This document shows positions 38,823 through 52,859 of a stretch of 64,000 nucleotides of DNA, piece after piece (position 1 is the stretch's first letter; each line of letters starts with the position of its first letter). The position numbers and the translations under genes are program-made. The notes beneath the pieces were generated by a model. That model was given only the letters and a program-made list of their open reading frames with translations. It searched no databases and had not been told where the DNA came from. Source of the DNA: Vicugna vicugna (taxonomy: Eukaryota); assembly GCA_013265495.1 (NCBI GenBank), contig MU057377.1, positions 1 to 64,000 of the forward strand, written 5' to 3'.

Positions 38823-41640
38823 TCACCAGAACCTCTACTCATAAAACGCCGCCACATTTTCTTTAAACAATATTAAACTTCTTCCCCAGCAATTTTAGTG
38901 GCACTTGCAATTAAAGACGGAATGCATTCCAACACTAGACACAACCCAACTTTATGTGACAGAAGGAGAAAATATACAGTTTGAGAAAAATGAGAAGTTG
39001 ATGGAAAAACAAGAAAGCCTCTATACCCAATAACTATAGAGCCGTGGCTCCGGTATTTTTCATTCAGTTTCTAGGGAACAAGTTTAATAACAGGTGATTT
39101 AGATGACTTGAAGAGCTTAAGAGGCTGAAAATGAACTTTCACTCAGAAGTTGCAGTTGCAATTTCACTACTTAAAATATGTGGATAATGATTTAAACTTA
39201 CAGAAAAGGTGCTAATCAAAACCAACCGTCCTCACAAAAGAGTATTACCCTCAGTTTTATGGAACACTTTTCCTTACCTTCATGATGTGTTACTCCACTG
39301 CACATTTTAACACTATTTTCTTTTTTTTGGAGTGTTGTTAGTGCCGTCTTTAAGCAAAATAAAAGTATTGTTTTAACATGTTAACACTCACTGCTTTCAC
39401 AAGTTTGATCAAAAGCAACTTTCCCTGCAACACTTCAGATGCCAAAGAAGCAGGCTCTACCTACACTCAGACATGGTTTTTAAAAGGTGTCCCAAGATAA
39501 AGTAAATAACACAGGCTCTTCTGTGGATCTGGGCCACGTGGGTGATGTTATTTAGTTTAGCCTTGAGATTCTGAAGAGAAACTTTCTCCTGGGCTTTTCA
39601 AATAACCCTTCTACCACGCAGTCACTCTGCACGATTCCTGCATACAGCCTCTTCATTAAAGCACATGTGACACTTATATGTCTTCTAACATATATTTTTG
39701 CATGTGACAAACTACATCTTCAGGGTGTCTTCCTTAATGTCTGGATATTTTGCCCTAGTTCGGGTTTTAATCAACTACGCTTCGTGAATAAAGCATGGAG
39801 CAAAAGGACAACTGGAGTTCAAGTCTAGGTCTCCTCTGAGACCCTCCAGCAGAGCGAGCCCAGGGCAGCAGACACACAGCAATCAAGCCCCAAGGCCAGT
39901 CTAAGGGGCCTTTGTGAACACAGAGGCAGATTACTTGAAACCAGGAGCACTAAACACTACTTTAGAATGACTGATTGTCAAGACCTCACTTCTTTATTTA
40001 CCAAGCCCGCCTTGGAAGACTTGGAAGAAAAACAAAAGAATACTAGGAACTCTGTTAGCCAGCTTCTTTCCACGTGTCAGGCTGGGGGTCTTCGGAGAGC
40101 AATTACCTGGAATCCGGGAGTCTAACCAATTGCTTCTGAGCCTGGGCCTCTCTCCTGCTTTCCATGTTGATGGAGAAACTTTGAGCTCACTGGTGGCCCA
40201 CACAAACTTAATTCATCCTTAGTAAATGAGCCTTAGGTAATGGCGGCAAAGATGTGGCAAGAATGCCAACAGTTTGACTGCAGAACAGACGTTCAGGGAT
40301 GCGTGTCAGCCCAGGGAGACAGGTAAGAGAGCTGCCTGGAAATGTGGAGGAAGGACCACTGGGAGGGGGCCCTGATTTGTGGACAAATAAAAACAACCTT
40401 GTTACTGGGTTTATTTATGGTCTCCTGGATGGTCATTTAAACTGCAATACTGACACTGATCAAGTGTGGATTCCCCGAGTGAGAAAAAGTTTCTTTCCTT
40501 TCCCAGGCTGATTGAACCTCTTTCCAGGCCACTGGTGTGTGCTCCAGGGAATAAAACTTCCTGCTCTGTTTACCACATTTATATGGTGAAGAATGGAAAC
40601 AAATTATACATGTTATTTTTAAGAGTATAAAAATTAAAGAAATAAAAAAGTATAAACAAGAACAATCAAAAGCTGTCAGTCATTTTCTAGAGTCTTTGTG
40701 CAGAATATTCAACACTTGAATGAGCCCAACAGTGGATCTCAGGGATTACTGTCAGTAAAAAAAAAAGAAAAAAAAAAGTCAACTTTAGGTAACCTCCAAG
40801 GTTTTCTTCTCTGCTCCTTTGGCTCAAGTTGGACCATATAATACTAGCCCTAACAAGCACTGACCACACGCAGTGTATTCAACAGGCTACTTTCATATCT
40901 CTTTTGTGTCTTTATTATAGAACTCACTTGCTCTCTCAAAAGGATAAAAATATAAACACGCTACCTTTAAACTTATTAGTCTGAGGTGTTAGAAAGCGTG
41001 AAGGAAGATGGTAAGTTTTGATACTAGTGCTAACAAGCAATTGTCAAATCCTCAAAACAGAAGAAAACATAGTTCAAGAATTCTCTGGGAAGAATGGAAA
41101 GGCCTGATTACAGTGTCCTTTGTAACTGTGCTCCGTGAGCGTGGAAAGGACAAAAGGATGGTAGCAAAAATTAAAATAAATTAAAAATAAGAACTTTTTT
41201 CATTATTGAAATCATTGGATGGCAGTGTTTAACTGATCCTGCAGATAAACACACGACATATTTTTCCTGTGACTTCTCGGCTCCTCTGCCTCCTCCCCCA
41301 GTGCCACACACACACACCCCCGCCCAGAAACAGTCGCATTCATAAGAGTCGAATTCATACTCAGGACGGATACAAGTTAACTCTTTGCGCGGAATAGGAA
41401 ACCGTGGCCAGTTTTCAGGCGAAAAGTTCTGAGCGGGAAGCGTGCGCGCTGTCCGAGGCCTTCGCCCAGGCCAGGCCAGCTCGGGCCTCCAGCAACCTCT
41501 TTCCCCGGCGGTACGCTCAGGGTCCCTGACCCAGGGGCTGCTGTCTAGGCGGGGCTTCCAGGAGGGGCGGGGCTTCCAGGAGGGGCGGTACTGCCTAGAG
41601 GGGCGGGGCCGCTGGGGCGGGGCAGGGAGGAGGGGCCTCA

Positions 41641-42048
<408 letters not shown>

Positions 42049-42129
42049 CTACGCCCGCCAGGTCCTGGTCCCAGGCCCCAGCCCCGGTCCCTGGAGCCCG
42101 CCCCTGAACCTCGCCGCCGGGCCATTGAT

Positions 42130-42445
42130 CCCCACCCCGTCCCGGCCCTCTGGACCCGGACTCCGAGACCCGACCCCGGACCTCGACTCCACGGCCCGAC
42201 CCAGACCCCGCCCTCGGGTCCTGGATCCCGACCCCAGCCCGGGCTCACTGGATCTGAGCCCTGACCCCGACCTCCTATCCTGGACCCTTGACCCGGACCA
42301 AAGCCGGCGCCTCTGGACCCCGCCTTCCCTGACCCCGCCCCGCCCCCCGGTCCTGGACCCCTGATCCCAGCCCCGCCCTCTGGACCTGGACTCGAGCCCC
42401 CGCCTCTCCATCCGGACCTCGACTCTCCGGACCCCGAACCCCGGG
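42130..42445. repeat. Degenerate GGACCC/GACCCC tandem-like repeat upstream of C1orf53
   Basis: Recurrent ctggaccc, gaccccg and ggacctcgactc units. Confidence 0.7.
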
Positions 42446-44279
42446 CTCAGGCCTGGCCAGCCCTACGGGGCGGTCGGCGAAGGGCGCGCGGACCCGGCCC
42501 TGCCTTAGAGATAAAGTGCAGCTGGGGAGGCTCCCTCAGGATGCGGGACGGGGAACAACGTGCCATTCCCACTCACGGGACCTACGTTCCAAGTATTCCA
42601 TTGGTCTTCTGAGATGACACGTGGACATCTTTTCTCTTGTCAAGCTGGACTTGGTATCTTTCAGCATAATCGCCACAACTATTAAGATTCCAGAAAGTGA
42701 TCAGAATACCCCAGGTGTGTTTACCACCAGCTTGGACATACCCAGAAAGGCTGAGTATTTACAGGTGGTGTTTGCCAGGAAATGAGGCTGGGAGCCGAGC
42801 CTTCCTTTGTGGCTTGGTTCTTTGGCCCAGAGTTAAGTGAGGACCAAAAGCGAGGGCTAAGTATTTGCGAAGTCCAAACTAAAATCATATTTCCGGTCTG
42901 AAAGATGAACGTTATCCTGCTACCCCCACAAAATAGTATTCGAGAAAATTAGCTCAAGCCCAGGAGGTAATTTCAGGCGTTAGAATTAAATTAACACCAC
43001 TCCTGCGTCCTACTCTCAGCCTGCGTTTCAGGCTTGAAGAGTAGTCGGTGGTAAGTGTTCTTCAGTTTTGGAGGAGCCCAGCGCAGGAACTGATCCCTGA
43101 GGACAAGGGTAGACTTGAGTGGTGCTGGAGAGGAAGAAGAGACCATCAGCACCCCTTTTCTGACACCTGCATTTACCATACAACCCCATAACCATACCTG
43201 GATGCTCAGGAGGTGCAGATTAAACGGCCCCGTTGGTCCTTTGTAAATCTCACAGTGAATGAATACATTGGAATCCTATTTTGCAAATCTGTTTCCTTTG
43301 TGTTAGAATAAAAAATTAGCTCTCAGGCTCTGGAGACAGCTTAGTGATCTGAGAAGAGTTTAAAACCTGGAAGGCTGAAGAGGGACCCTCAGTAAAGCTA
43401 GGGAAAGAGCAGCTGTGAGTAGAAAAGGGAATTCACCATAAATCACCTGTGTGTTTGTTTTCTGTGTTATTTTGCCAAACTGAATTCTCAAAGGAAATAA
43501 ATCTAGAAGTTCTGATTGATTGCATTGTTTTTAAAATTGAGAATGAGGACCTATTAATAGTTCATGACATTAATTCAAAGGATGGGAGCTGAATTTTGCA
43601 GAGATGAAATAGAAGTCTTGTTTAATCGTATTCATTAAACAGCATTGGGCCCTTTTTCTGACAAACTGGACAGGTGTACACATTATCGGACTGTCTGATC
43701 TAAGCCCCAGAAAAGCTGCCTGCCTGTCTCTCAGAGTCAGCTTTTGATGAGTTACAAGTGTTAGCGTGCTATCAGTGGGTGAACTGGTGCTGGAGTCACA
43801 GAGTCACCCGAAGACATGTTGTCCCCATACTGCCTGTTTTGCACAGTTGTTTTTGGACACAAATTTATGTATTTGATGTTTTTCAAACAGCCGAATGGTG
43901 TGTTATGACCTGTCATGCTCCTCGGCCAGCGCATTTCACTCCCAATTCTTGTGATTGAAAGCAAATGTTACACGCCCCCAAGGTTGCCTCTAGGGAACCT
44001 TTGTTTCATTTAATGGGACTTCCCAGAACACACTTTGTCACAGAGCCAGTCTTAGAAAACTCTTTGGGGAATGATAACCATTTCTGTTTGCAAGCCCCCC
44101 CGCATCTCGGTAGGAGGGCTGCTCTGCCTGCCCAGAGCTATCTGTCCTTGGCCCTACCTTCCTGCTTTGGGTCTGTCCCTGGGATGTGCTGTGTATGGGC
44201 CACCTGAGCAGGTGATGCAGCCGTCTTAGGTCCTCCTCCATCCTTGGGGTCATTCTCTGCCGAGAACTGAACTGGCTTC

Positions 44280-45165
44280 CCCCCCACTGCCCACAGAAGG
44301 TTTCAGGCAGGACTCCATTGTTAATTCTCACTGTACTCCGGGTCCTTACCCGGTTTCATCTTCACTTCTCATCTGTTGCCTGTCTGCTTACGACCCCCAG
44401 GTCTCTGCGTAGGGGTTGTACATCCACCTGCTGTACTGAGCCACTTACATATGCCCCCAAACTCAAAACGGATTCAGTCATCATTCCCTTCGGAATCCTA
44501 CTTGCCTGTTTATTTTCTCTTCTAAAGGCACAACTAATTCAGAGATTTTTTTCCCCAAGAGTGGTCCTTGACTCTTCACGTCTCCCCATCCAGGTGATCA
44601 CCAGGTCCTACCTGCTTTCCCTGTGTCTCAGCTCTGTCTTCCTCTGCTATCATCATTGTTCTAGTTTGTTATCATTTCTCCCCCCACGGAGAGCAGGGCT
44701 CATTGATAGAAATACAAATGACAGGGACTTAGTCTGGACCAAAGCCCTCTGCTAAGTGCTGTGGATACCTTGTTCACACTTGGTGCGTGACATTTATTCT
44801 GACAAAAATCTTCCTCATTTCCTTGGAGGGGTGAAGTTATAACCCGTCCTTAAAGCCTCAGCCCCCATGCTCCCTCCTCTGGGAAGCCCTCTGTGACTGC
44901 TCACTTTCCTCATTGTTTCTTCTGCAGGCCGGGCTGGATACCACCACCTCGGTGCTCCCATAACATCCAAAGCATGTCTGTATGTTTGCCCTTTCTTACT
45001 GTATGGTTTTGTGTTCGTGAGGGCTTTTATAATGGCAGCGTGTGAGGTCTTTAAGGGTGAAGGTCTATCTTAATTATCTTTGTGTTCCTAGCAGCACAAG
45101 GACACAGGAAATGCTTAAAAAAGAGAGAGAGAGATGCTTGTTGAAATGAACGGATGAATGAGTAA
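44280..45165. mobile_element. Degenerate L2 fragments
   Basis: L2-like 3' end (tctttgtgttcctagc...tgcttgttgaaatgaacggatgaatga). Confidence 0.5.
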
Positions 45166-46469
45166 GGGCAACCCACATCTGAGTCGCACAGTAAAGAAAT
45201 GATACGAATGCACCTCCCCCCCAATATTTTATGGTTAAGAATCAGCTTTGGGTTTTGTTAACACATCAGTTGATCTCAGTCTATTGTTTTCTGAGACACA
45301 ATATACTAGGATAACAAGGTAAGCGTGATTTTATTTAGCAATCTATTTAGTAAGTTCCCCCCCAAACAGTCATTGAATTAATAGTAAGTGCAGTGTACGG
45401 GCTGCATTTCAAATGAAGTCAGTTTATGTTGACAGCGAAGTACAGCCTTGTTAACCCTGAACAATCACTCCAATTATAAACTCCATGCACCGTCACTGTC
45501 ACAGAAAATATCCAGACTAATGACTTCTGGCCCCTTTGTTATGCAAGTATTCGAGAGGAAACCCACTCTTACGTATATTCACTATTAACTGTATTTCCCA
45601 GAAAGGACACTGCCAGAAAGCTACCAAGAATGTAATTCCATTTGTGCCTTCTTACAATACATGGATTAGTATCGTGCTTTCAAAATTATTCGGGCAGCCC
45701 TGTTTTGTAGGATTTCCCACATACCAACACAGGGGCACAGAGATCTCGGCTAAGGCAGTAAATACAACATACAAATCAGAGCCTTGTTCTCTGCACTCGC
45801 TGCTGCCTGAGGGAGAAAGCACATCCACTGTTCCATGACGGAATGAAAGGCACACTGACTTTCAGGTCAAATACCCGTGACATGGACGCGTCTGACTAGT
45901 CGGCTGAGTACCATCCATGTTAATATCTTCCCAGTGGTGGGCACGGGGCTGCGCCTCAGTGATCAGCACAGCACAAGCCTTTAGGTCTCCTGCAGGTGTA
46001 AACTCGATGCACCTGTGGAACCCTGTGGACTGTGGATCGGATCTTGACGTGCAGTCTAACGGCACTGCTGCTGTGTGAAAGGCCGTGTTTGTATAATGCT
46101 GTATGGATGTCATCACCACGATTGCTCTATCTGACGGTGTCTCTGGATGGCACATTTTAGATAGCATTGTTGTGAGCTAACCCTGTTTGCACCACATCTT
46201 GGGACCAAGGGTACCCAAAAAAGCAAAGCATGATGACTGAGCATTGCAAAATCACAGCACTCTCTCCATAGCAGGATTTTTACATAGCGGCACATTTGGA
46301 ACACGCTTGGGTGGGGTCATTCACCCACGAGTCTAATCTCCATGAGAGTAGAAACATATATACTCTGCCTGACATTTTATTCTGCCATCGAGAACAGTGC
46401 CCACCTCATAACCCAGTGAATAAATAAATCCTTCAGTGGTAGCAGGGCATGTGGAAAAATCAGTGTGTG

Positions 46470-46680
46470 TGAAGGCACACAGACCTGCAATGGAACCTTA
46501 CCCTATCCCCATTCTAGTTCTGTGACACTGAGGTGGTTGAAATTCTCTAAGCCTGGGTTTCCTACTCTGGAATGTGAATAATGTCTCAGAGCTGAGTTCT
46601 TGTGAACCTTAAATGAGATGCTGTATATAGAAGACCCAGCACAGTGCCAGGCTCACAAGTGTTAGCCTGTGTTATTACTG
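46470..46680 (+). mobile_element. MIR SINE
   Basis: tgtgac...ctctaagcctgggtttcct...taaatgagatg...agcacagtgccaggc matches the MIR core pattern. Confidence 0.7.
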
Positions 46681-46874
46681 AACCGGGAGGCCACACTCCT
46701 GCTTTCAGCCCTTCTGCATGGCAGCCCTCAGCTGCTTAAGAGTTCAGTTGCCTGTTTCGCATCAGTCCTTCATGACATGAGGCTTAGCTTGGTCGAATGA
46801 TGACTAATTTTTAGTTGTAAATGACAAAAGCTTGCCAGATCTGAGCATAATTAAACAGATTTTTCAATGAATTA

Positions 46875-47600
46875 AAAGAAAAACCTACCTCAAACGAAAA
46901 ACCTTCTGTACAGCAAAGGAAATAATTGACAATATGAAAAGGCAGCCTGCAGAGTGGGATAAGATATTTGCAAAACAAGTATCAGATAAGGGGTTAGTCT
47001 CCAAAATTTATAAGGAACTCATACAGCTCAATAGCAAAAGACCAAATAATTCAATTAAGAAATGTTAAAGGGCCTGAATAGGCAACTTGCCAAAGAAGAT
47101 ATAAAAATGGCCAACAGGCATATATGAAAATATGCTCAACATCGCTAGTCATCAGGGAAGTGCTGGTCGGAACCACAGTGAGCTATCGCCACACACCTGT
47201 AACAAGGCAAGAAATACCAAGTGTTGGCGAGGGTGTGGACAAAGGAAACCCTGGTGCACTGTCGGTGGGACTGTAAATTGGTGCAGCCTCTAGGGAAAAC
47301 AGTACGGCGTTTCCTCAAAAATTAACACTAGAGCTACCATAGTATCCAGCACCTCCACTTCTGGGTATTTATCTGAAGAAAACAAAAACGCTCCGTGGAA
47401 AAGACACACGCACTTCCACGTTCCCGGCAGGACTAGTCCCAGCAGCCAAGATGTGGAAGCATCTAAGTGTCCACCGATGAATCAACGGATGAAGAAACTG
47501 CGGGCTGTACACAAGCGGAAGACCACTCGGCCGTAAGACAGAGGGAAATCCTGCCGTCTGTGACAACACGGAGAACCCAGAGGGAATCCTGAATTCTCCA
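46875..47600 (+). mobile_element. LINE-1 ORF2 3' region, degraded
   Basis: aaccttctgtacagcaaagga...tgtaaattggtgcagcc...ccacttctgggtatttatct are L1 signature segments. Confidence 0.85.
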
Positions 47601-49027
47601 GTTACCTTCACGAGATTCGTCCATTAATTCATGTGGCTCTGGAACATTCATCTTCATCATGTAGGGGATTCTATTGTCTAAATAGACCTCAGTTTATTTC
47701 ATCGTTTCATGTCGATGGGTTTAGGTTGTTATTATTTATAGCCACTATAAAATTATAAAAAAAGCTCTTTGGAGTATTCGTTTCCCTGTCTCCGTAATGC
47801 ATTTGTGGTGTGATTCACACAGAGCACACGCCTCCGCGTGAGCGGCGAGCTTGCAGGTCTGTGCGTCTGTGACTTCCCTGGTTATTATCAAGTTGTTCTT
47901 CTAAATGGTTTGCTGCCTTACCTTCCCACCAGCAGTATATAAGAGCTTAGAGAACTTACTAGACGTGAGGACGAAATGCATACACATGCTACTGGTGGGT
48001 ATTGCTTGGCGGTGGGGATTATGGGTGACTGCTGTTTTTTAATGTATGCTCTTGTGTGTTTTGTCTGCAGTGAACATGTATTGCTTCTAAAATTTGAAAG
48101 AAAAAAAGTCATTAAAAATGAAAAAAAAAGGATTTAGGTAGCCCTGCATATTGTCAACTTAAAATTTTTTTGCTTATCTGATGGGTGTAATAGTGTTTCA
48201 GTGCGATTTCAATTTACATTTCCCTGATTTCCAGTGGGATTCAACATCTTTTTGTGTTTCTTTGTCCCGTGTGTTGTTTGTAAAATACTTGCACATAGTC
48301 TTCACCTATTCTTCTGCTGTGCTGTCTTTTCCTTATTTATTTAGAGGTATCATTTACATATTTGAGATACTAATTCTTGGCCAGCTTTATGTGTGTGGAT
48401 ATGTGATCTGTTACCTGTTATGTATGTGTTCGTCTGGTTGTCTCTTTTTAAAAAATAGCATTATGAGGTACAATCGCCCTACAGTGAACTGCACATACTT
48501 ACTGTGTGCAGTTTGATAAGCTACACCCACGAACCCGTCACCACCCTTGAGGTTATGGATGTAACCATCACCCCGAATTCCTGGGGCCCTTTGGTGGTCC
48601 CTTCCCCCCACCCCTCCCTCCACCTCAGACTTGAAGAGATTGTGGGTTCTGCCTTGTAATTAGGTGGATTGCTCTATAAATATCCATTAGGGCAAGCTGT
48701 GTGTTAGCAGGTTCAAGTCTTCTATATTCTTCATAATTTTCTATTCATTCTACCAATTACTAAGCAATGAGGACTGAAATCCCTGGAAAGAGTTTTGGAT
48801 TCCTTGCGATCTGTTCAGCTTTTCCTTCAAGTTCTTTGAAGCTCCGTTTTTAAATGTGTAAATATATGGGAATGTCATGTCCCCAAGATGAACTGACCCC
48901 ATTATCACTGAAAAAGTTTCTTTTTATTTCTATTTTTCTTTGTTCTGAAATTTACTTTGTCTGATATTAATATAACCACTCCAGCTTTGAGACGTGTTGT
49001 CATGGTATGTTTTTTCCTATCCTGTTT

Positions 49028-49156
49028 TGGGGGGGAGAGTTATTTATTTATTTACTTATTTATTTATGTATTTATTTTTATGGAAGTACTGAGGATTGAA
49101 CCCAGGACCTAGTGCATGCTAAGCACGTGTTCTACCACTGAGCTATACCCTCCCCC
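49028..49156 (-). mobile_element. tRNA-derived SINE (Vic-1-like)
   Basis: Reverse complement of the 18332 element (gattgaacccaggacct...ctaccactgagctataccctccccc); ttttcctatcct on both sides. Confidence 0.85.
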
Positions 49157-49201
49157 ATCTCTTTTCCTATCCTTTTAATTTATTTGTGTCTTTAAAGTGT
49201 A

Positions 49202-49446
49202 TTTTTTTCAGATTCTTTTCCATTATATGTTATTACAAGAAGTTGAATATAGTTCTGTGCTATACAGTAGGTCCTTGTTGTTTAGCTATTGTATATATAG
49301 TAATGTGTGTCTGTTAATCCCCAACCCCTAATTTATCTGAAAAGAAAAAATACATAGGTATGTATATATGTAACTGAATCACTTTACTGTACACTTGCAA
49401 CTAAAATTGTAAACACTTCAATAAAAAATTAAAAATTTAAAAAATA
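49202..49446 (+). mobile_element. LINE-1 3' fragment with inverted 5' half
   Basis: 49202-49338 is antisense L1 3' UTR; about 49336-49446 is the sense terminal segment with an A-tail. Confidence 0.75.
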
Positions 49447-49519
49447 AGGTGTGTTTCTTTTAGCATCAAATAGTTGAGTCTTTTTTTAAGTCCGGTTTCA
49501 CAGTCTCTGATATGCCTCT

Positions 49520-49795
49520 TCCACCAAAGTACATGTCCAGGTTCTAATCCCTGGAACCTGTAAATGCTACCTTTTTTGGAAAAAGCATCTTTTCAAGTAT
49601 AATTAAACTAAGGATTTTGAGATGAGGAGATTATCCTGGATCATGTGAAGTGGGAGTGCTAAATCCGGGAACAAGTGTTGATAGGACAACGGAGTCAGAG
49701 ATTGAGGCCAAAAGCCCAGGAAGCTGGAAGAGGCAAGGGACGGGCTGTCCCATGGAGCCCTCGAGGGACGGCAGCCCTGCTGGATTCTGGCTTCT
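49520..49795 (+). mobile_element. MaLR LTR (MLT1-like) fragment
   Basis: ctaatccctggaacctgtaaatg...aaggattttgagatgaggagattatcctggat resembles MLT1 LTRs. Confidence 0.75.
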
Positions 49796-50844
49796 AGTCA
49801 GTCCCCCAAACTGTCACTTCATGCCTAAGTTACCACGAAAGACTCCTAAATTGTAATTACTGCCTCTGCTCCCATCCTCCTCTACTTCATTCTTAACACT
49901 GTTGTCAGAATAGCAGCGCTAACACACCATTCTCATTGTCATTTTCTGGTTCAAAAATCCTTAGTGTCACAACTTTACATGTAGGATAAAATATGAACTC
50001 ATTAGCCAGGCATTTTTGGTACTCCCTCAATTTGACCCCTGAAATACCTTTCTAGTCTTGTGTCCTGTTACTCTAGGTCAAGCATTCTGTAGTCAGACTA
50101 ATTTACCCAATCGCCCCTAAATTATCCACATTTCAGGCAGGATATTTTGTCTCCACAATAGTTCTTTCCTCCTTACTCCCCAAATTTGTTTCATTGTCTA
50201 TTCCTCCCCCGTGGGGCCCTGTGATGAATTCTGACCAGTCTAAGGCAGTCTCGGAAATCCCATTCTTCCTGCGCTGATGGATTTACGAAGGCTCCCAGCC
50301 AATGAGACGTGAGGGAAATTCCGCAGGAAGGCTTCTGGGAAGGTTTTCTTTATAATGAGACTAAGGGGACCTCAGTTTCCAGGCATATGACATAGTAGAG
50401 ATCTTTAAAAATATTCCTTACAAAAAACCTAAGTGGAAATATGAAACAACTGCATTTTTAAATGCACTGGTAAGCCTGAAAAAGGAGGAAAATTCTAGGT
50501 ACCAAAAACTGAAAACTGAGCTGAACACCAGGGTTGTCATTTGTCCCTGGCACTGCTGGTGTCCCGGAGAGCTTTCCAGTCTTGGTCCTTGAGTTTTGTG
50601 GCTCTGTGGCCTTGGCCTGTGCTGGATGAATGTTTGAGCCGAGGTCCTGCTGTGGAGTTGGGACATGCTGAGAGCCGTCCCCTCAGGCCCCTGCCCTTAC
50701 TAAACGGGTGGACCATCCAGCACGTCTGCCCACCAGGAGGGAGAGAAGGCAGGGCTCCTGCCTGCCTCTGCCTAGACTCCCTGGGAAGCTTGTAAAGAGA
50801 GGTCTGCTCACACACAAGTCAGAGGTTAAAGTTTTGCTTCCTAA

Positions 50845-51242
50845 GACGCTAGTCCGCCAGGGTGGCCATGATGAAATTCCACAGACTGGACGGCTTAACC
50901 GACAGAAGTCTGCCTTCTCACGGCTCTGGAGGCTGGAAATCCAAGTCCAGGTGTTGTCAGGTTTGGGTCCTGCTGAGACCTCCCTCCTGGGCTTGTAGAT
51001 GACTGTCTTCTCCTCCCCCAACCCTCCCACCCCCGTGTTCTCACACGGTCTTCCCTCTGGGCGTGCAGCCCTGTGTCTCTTCCTCCTCTTGTAAGAACAC
51101 CAGTCCTACTGGGTTAGGGCCCCACCTTTATGACTCACTGAACCCTAATACTTCTTCGAAGGCCCTGCTACAAGTACAGTCACAGTGGGGCTTAGGACTT
51201 CAACAGAGGAATTCGGTGGGGGCACAATTCAGTCCATTACAC
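50845..51242 (-). mobile_element. MaLR LTR (MLT1A/B-like)
   Basis: ccacagactgg...ctcacggctctggaggctggaaatccaag...acaattcagtccatta is an antisense MLT1 pattern. Confidence 0.8.
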
Positions 51243-51689
51243 CTACTAAGTCCAGGAAACCCAAGCCAGGGGAAGAACAAGAATTTGCCCTAATACAGTA
51301 GAACCCCTGGTTGCCTAATGAAGCAAAAGGAGAGAAATATGTTCTTTCTAGAGACATAAAACCTCAATCCTGGTTCCATGAGATTCCCACAGAAGAAGTC
51401 CTGCTGACCGGGATGTCACAACACAAACTTACGAAGCAGAGGAGGAATCAAGGTATCGCAAACAACAGCAAACACAAATAGCAGATGATACGATCCGACA
51501 ACCAAGACTTCCAATTATTGGTCAGAGGACACAAAACAAGGCTGAAATGTTTAAGAAGATAAACATCAGAATCGAAATATGAGATGGAAATAACACAGGA
51601 GGTCAAAAAGCAGAACAGACCGGAGAGACAACTAAAGGGAAATCCACAAATGAAAAATGAATAGCTAACATCTAAAGCGCAATGTGTTA

Positions 51690-52730
51690 GACAAACTACA
51701 GAATGGGAGAAAATGTTTGCAAACGAAGTGACTGACAAGAATATACAAACAGCTCCTACAACTTAATAACAAAAGAACAAACAACCCAGTCCAAAAATGG
51801 GCAGAGGACCTAAACAAGCAGTTCCCCAGAGAAGACATACAAACGGCCAACAGGCACATGAAAAAAGGTTCAATATCACTAATTATCAGAGAAATGCAAG
51901 TCAAAACTATAACGAGGTATCACCTCACACCAGGCAGAATGGCCATCATTCAAAAGTACATGAAAGACAAATGCTGGAGAGGCTGTGGAGAAAAGGGAAC
52001 CCTCCTACAGTGCTGGTGGGAATGTGGTTTTGTGCAATCACTATGGAAAACAGAATGGCGATTCCTTAAAAAAATAAAAATAAGTCTATGATCTAGTACT
52101 TCCACTCCTGGGCATATATTCAGAGGGAGCTCTGATTCAAAAAGATACATGCACCCCAATGTTCACAGCAGCACTATATACAATAGACAAGATACAGAAA
52201 CAACCTAAATGCCCCTTGACAGATGACTGGATAAAGAAGTTGTGGTGTATTTATACAATGGAATACTACTCAACCATAAAAAAGAATAAAATAATGCCAT
52301 TTGCAGCAACATGGATGGATCTGGAGAATATCATTCTAAGTGAAGTAAGCCAGAGAGAAAAAGAAAAATAATATATGATGTCACTTATATGTGGAATCTA
52401 AAAAAAAAAAAAGACACAAATGAAGTTATTTACAAAACAAACAGACTCAGACATAGAAAACAAACTTCTGGTTTACCAGTGGGGGAAGGGGGTGGGAAGG
52501 AATAACTTGGGAATGTGAGATTTGCAGATACTACTATGTATAAAATAAATAAACAACAAGTTTCTTCTGTATAGCACAGAAGAACTGTATTCAGTACCAC
52601 ACTAACTTATGGTGAAAGAGAATATGAAAACAAATATATGTATGTCCCTATAGACTGAAGCACTGTGCTGTACACCAGAAACCAACACAATATTGTAAAT
52701 TGACTAGACTTTAATAAAAAAAAAGAGAAA
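51690..52730 (+). mobile_element. LINE-1 ORF2 C-terminus and 3' UTR, relatively young
   Basis: ORF fragments [37 protein letters not shown] and MFTAALYTI...MPFAATWMDLENIILSEVSQ; polyA tail. Confidence 0.93.
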
Positions 52731-52785
52731 AAACCCTCAATGTGTCAGTTAAAGGGTAAATTAAGCATCACTGAAGTGAGTGTTT

Positions 52786-52848
52786 TATATACATATACAC
52801 ATACATACATATATACATATGTGTATGTGTGTGTGTGTGTGTGTGTGT
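52786..52848. repeat. Compound (TA/CA)(TG)n microsatellite
   Basis: Seen directly in the sequence. Confidence 0.9.
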
Positions 52849-52859
52849 CTCCTAAATTA

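Noticed and set aside
45950..46300. Possible DNA transposon remnant
   Set aside because: I could not identify termini or assign a family with confidence.
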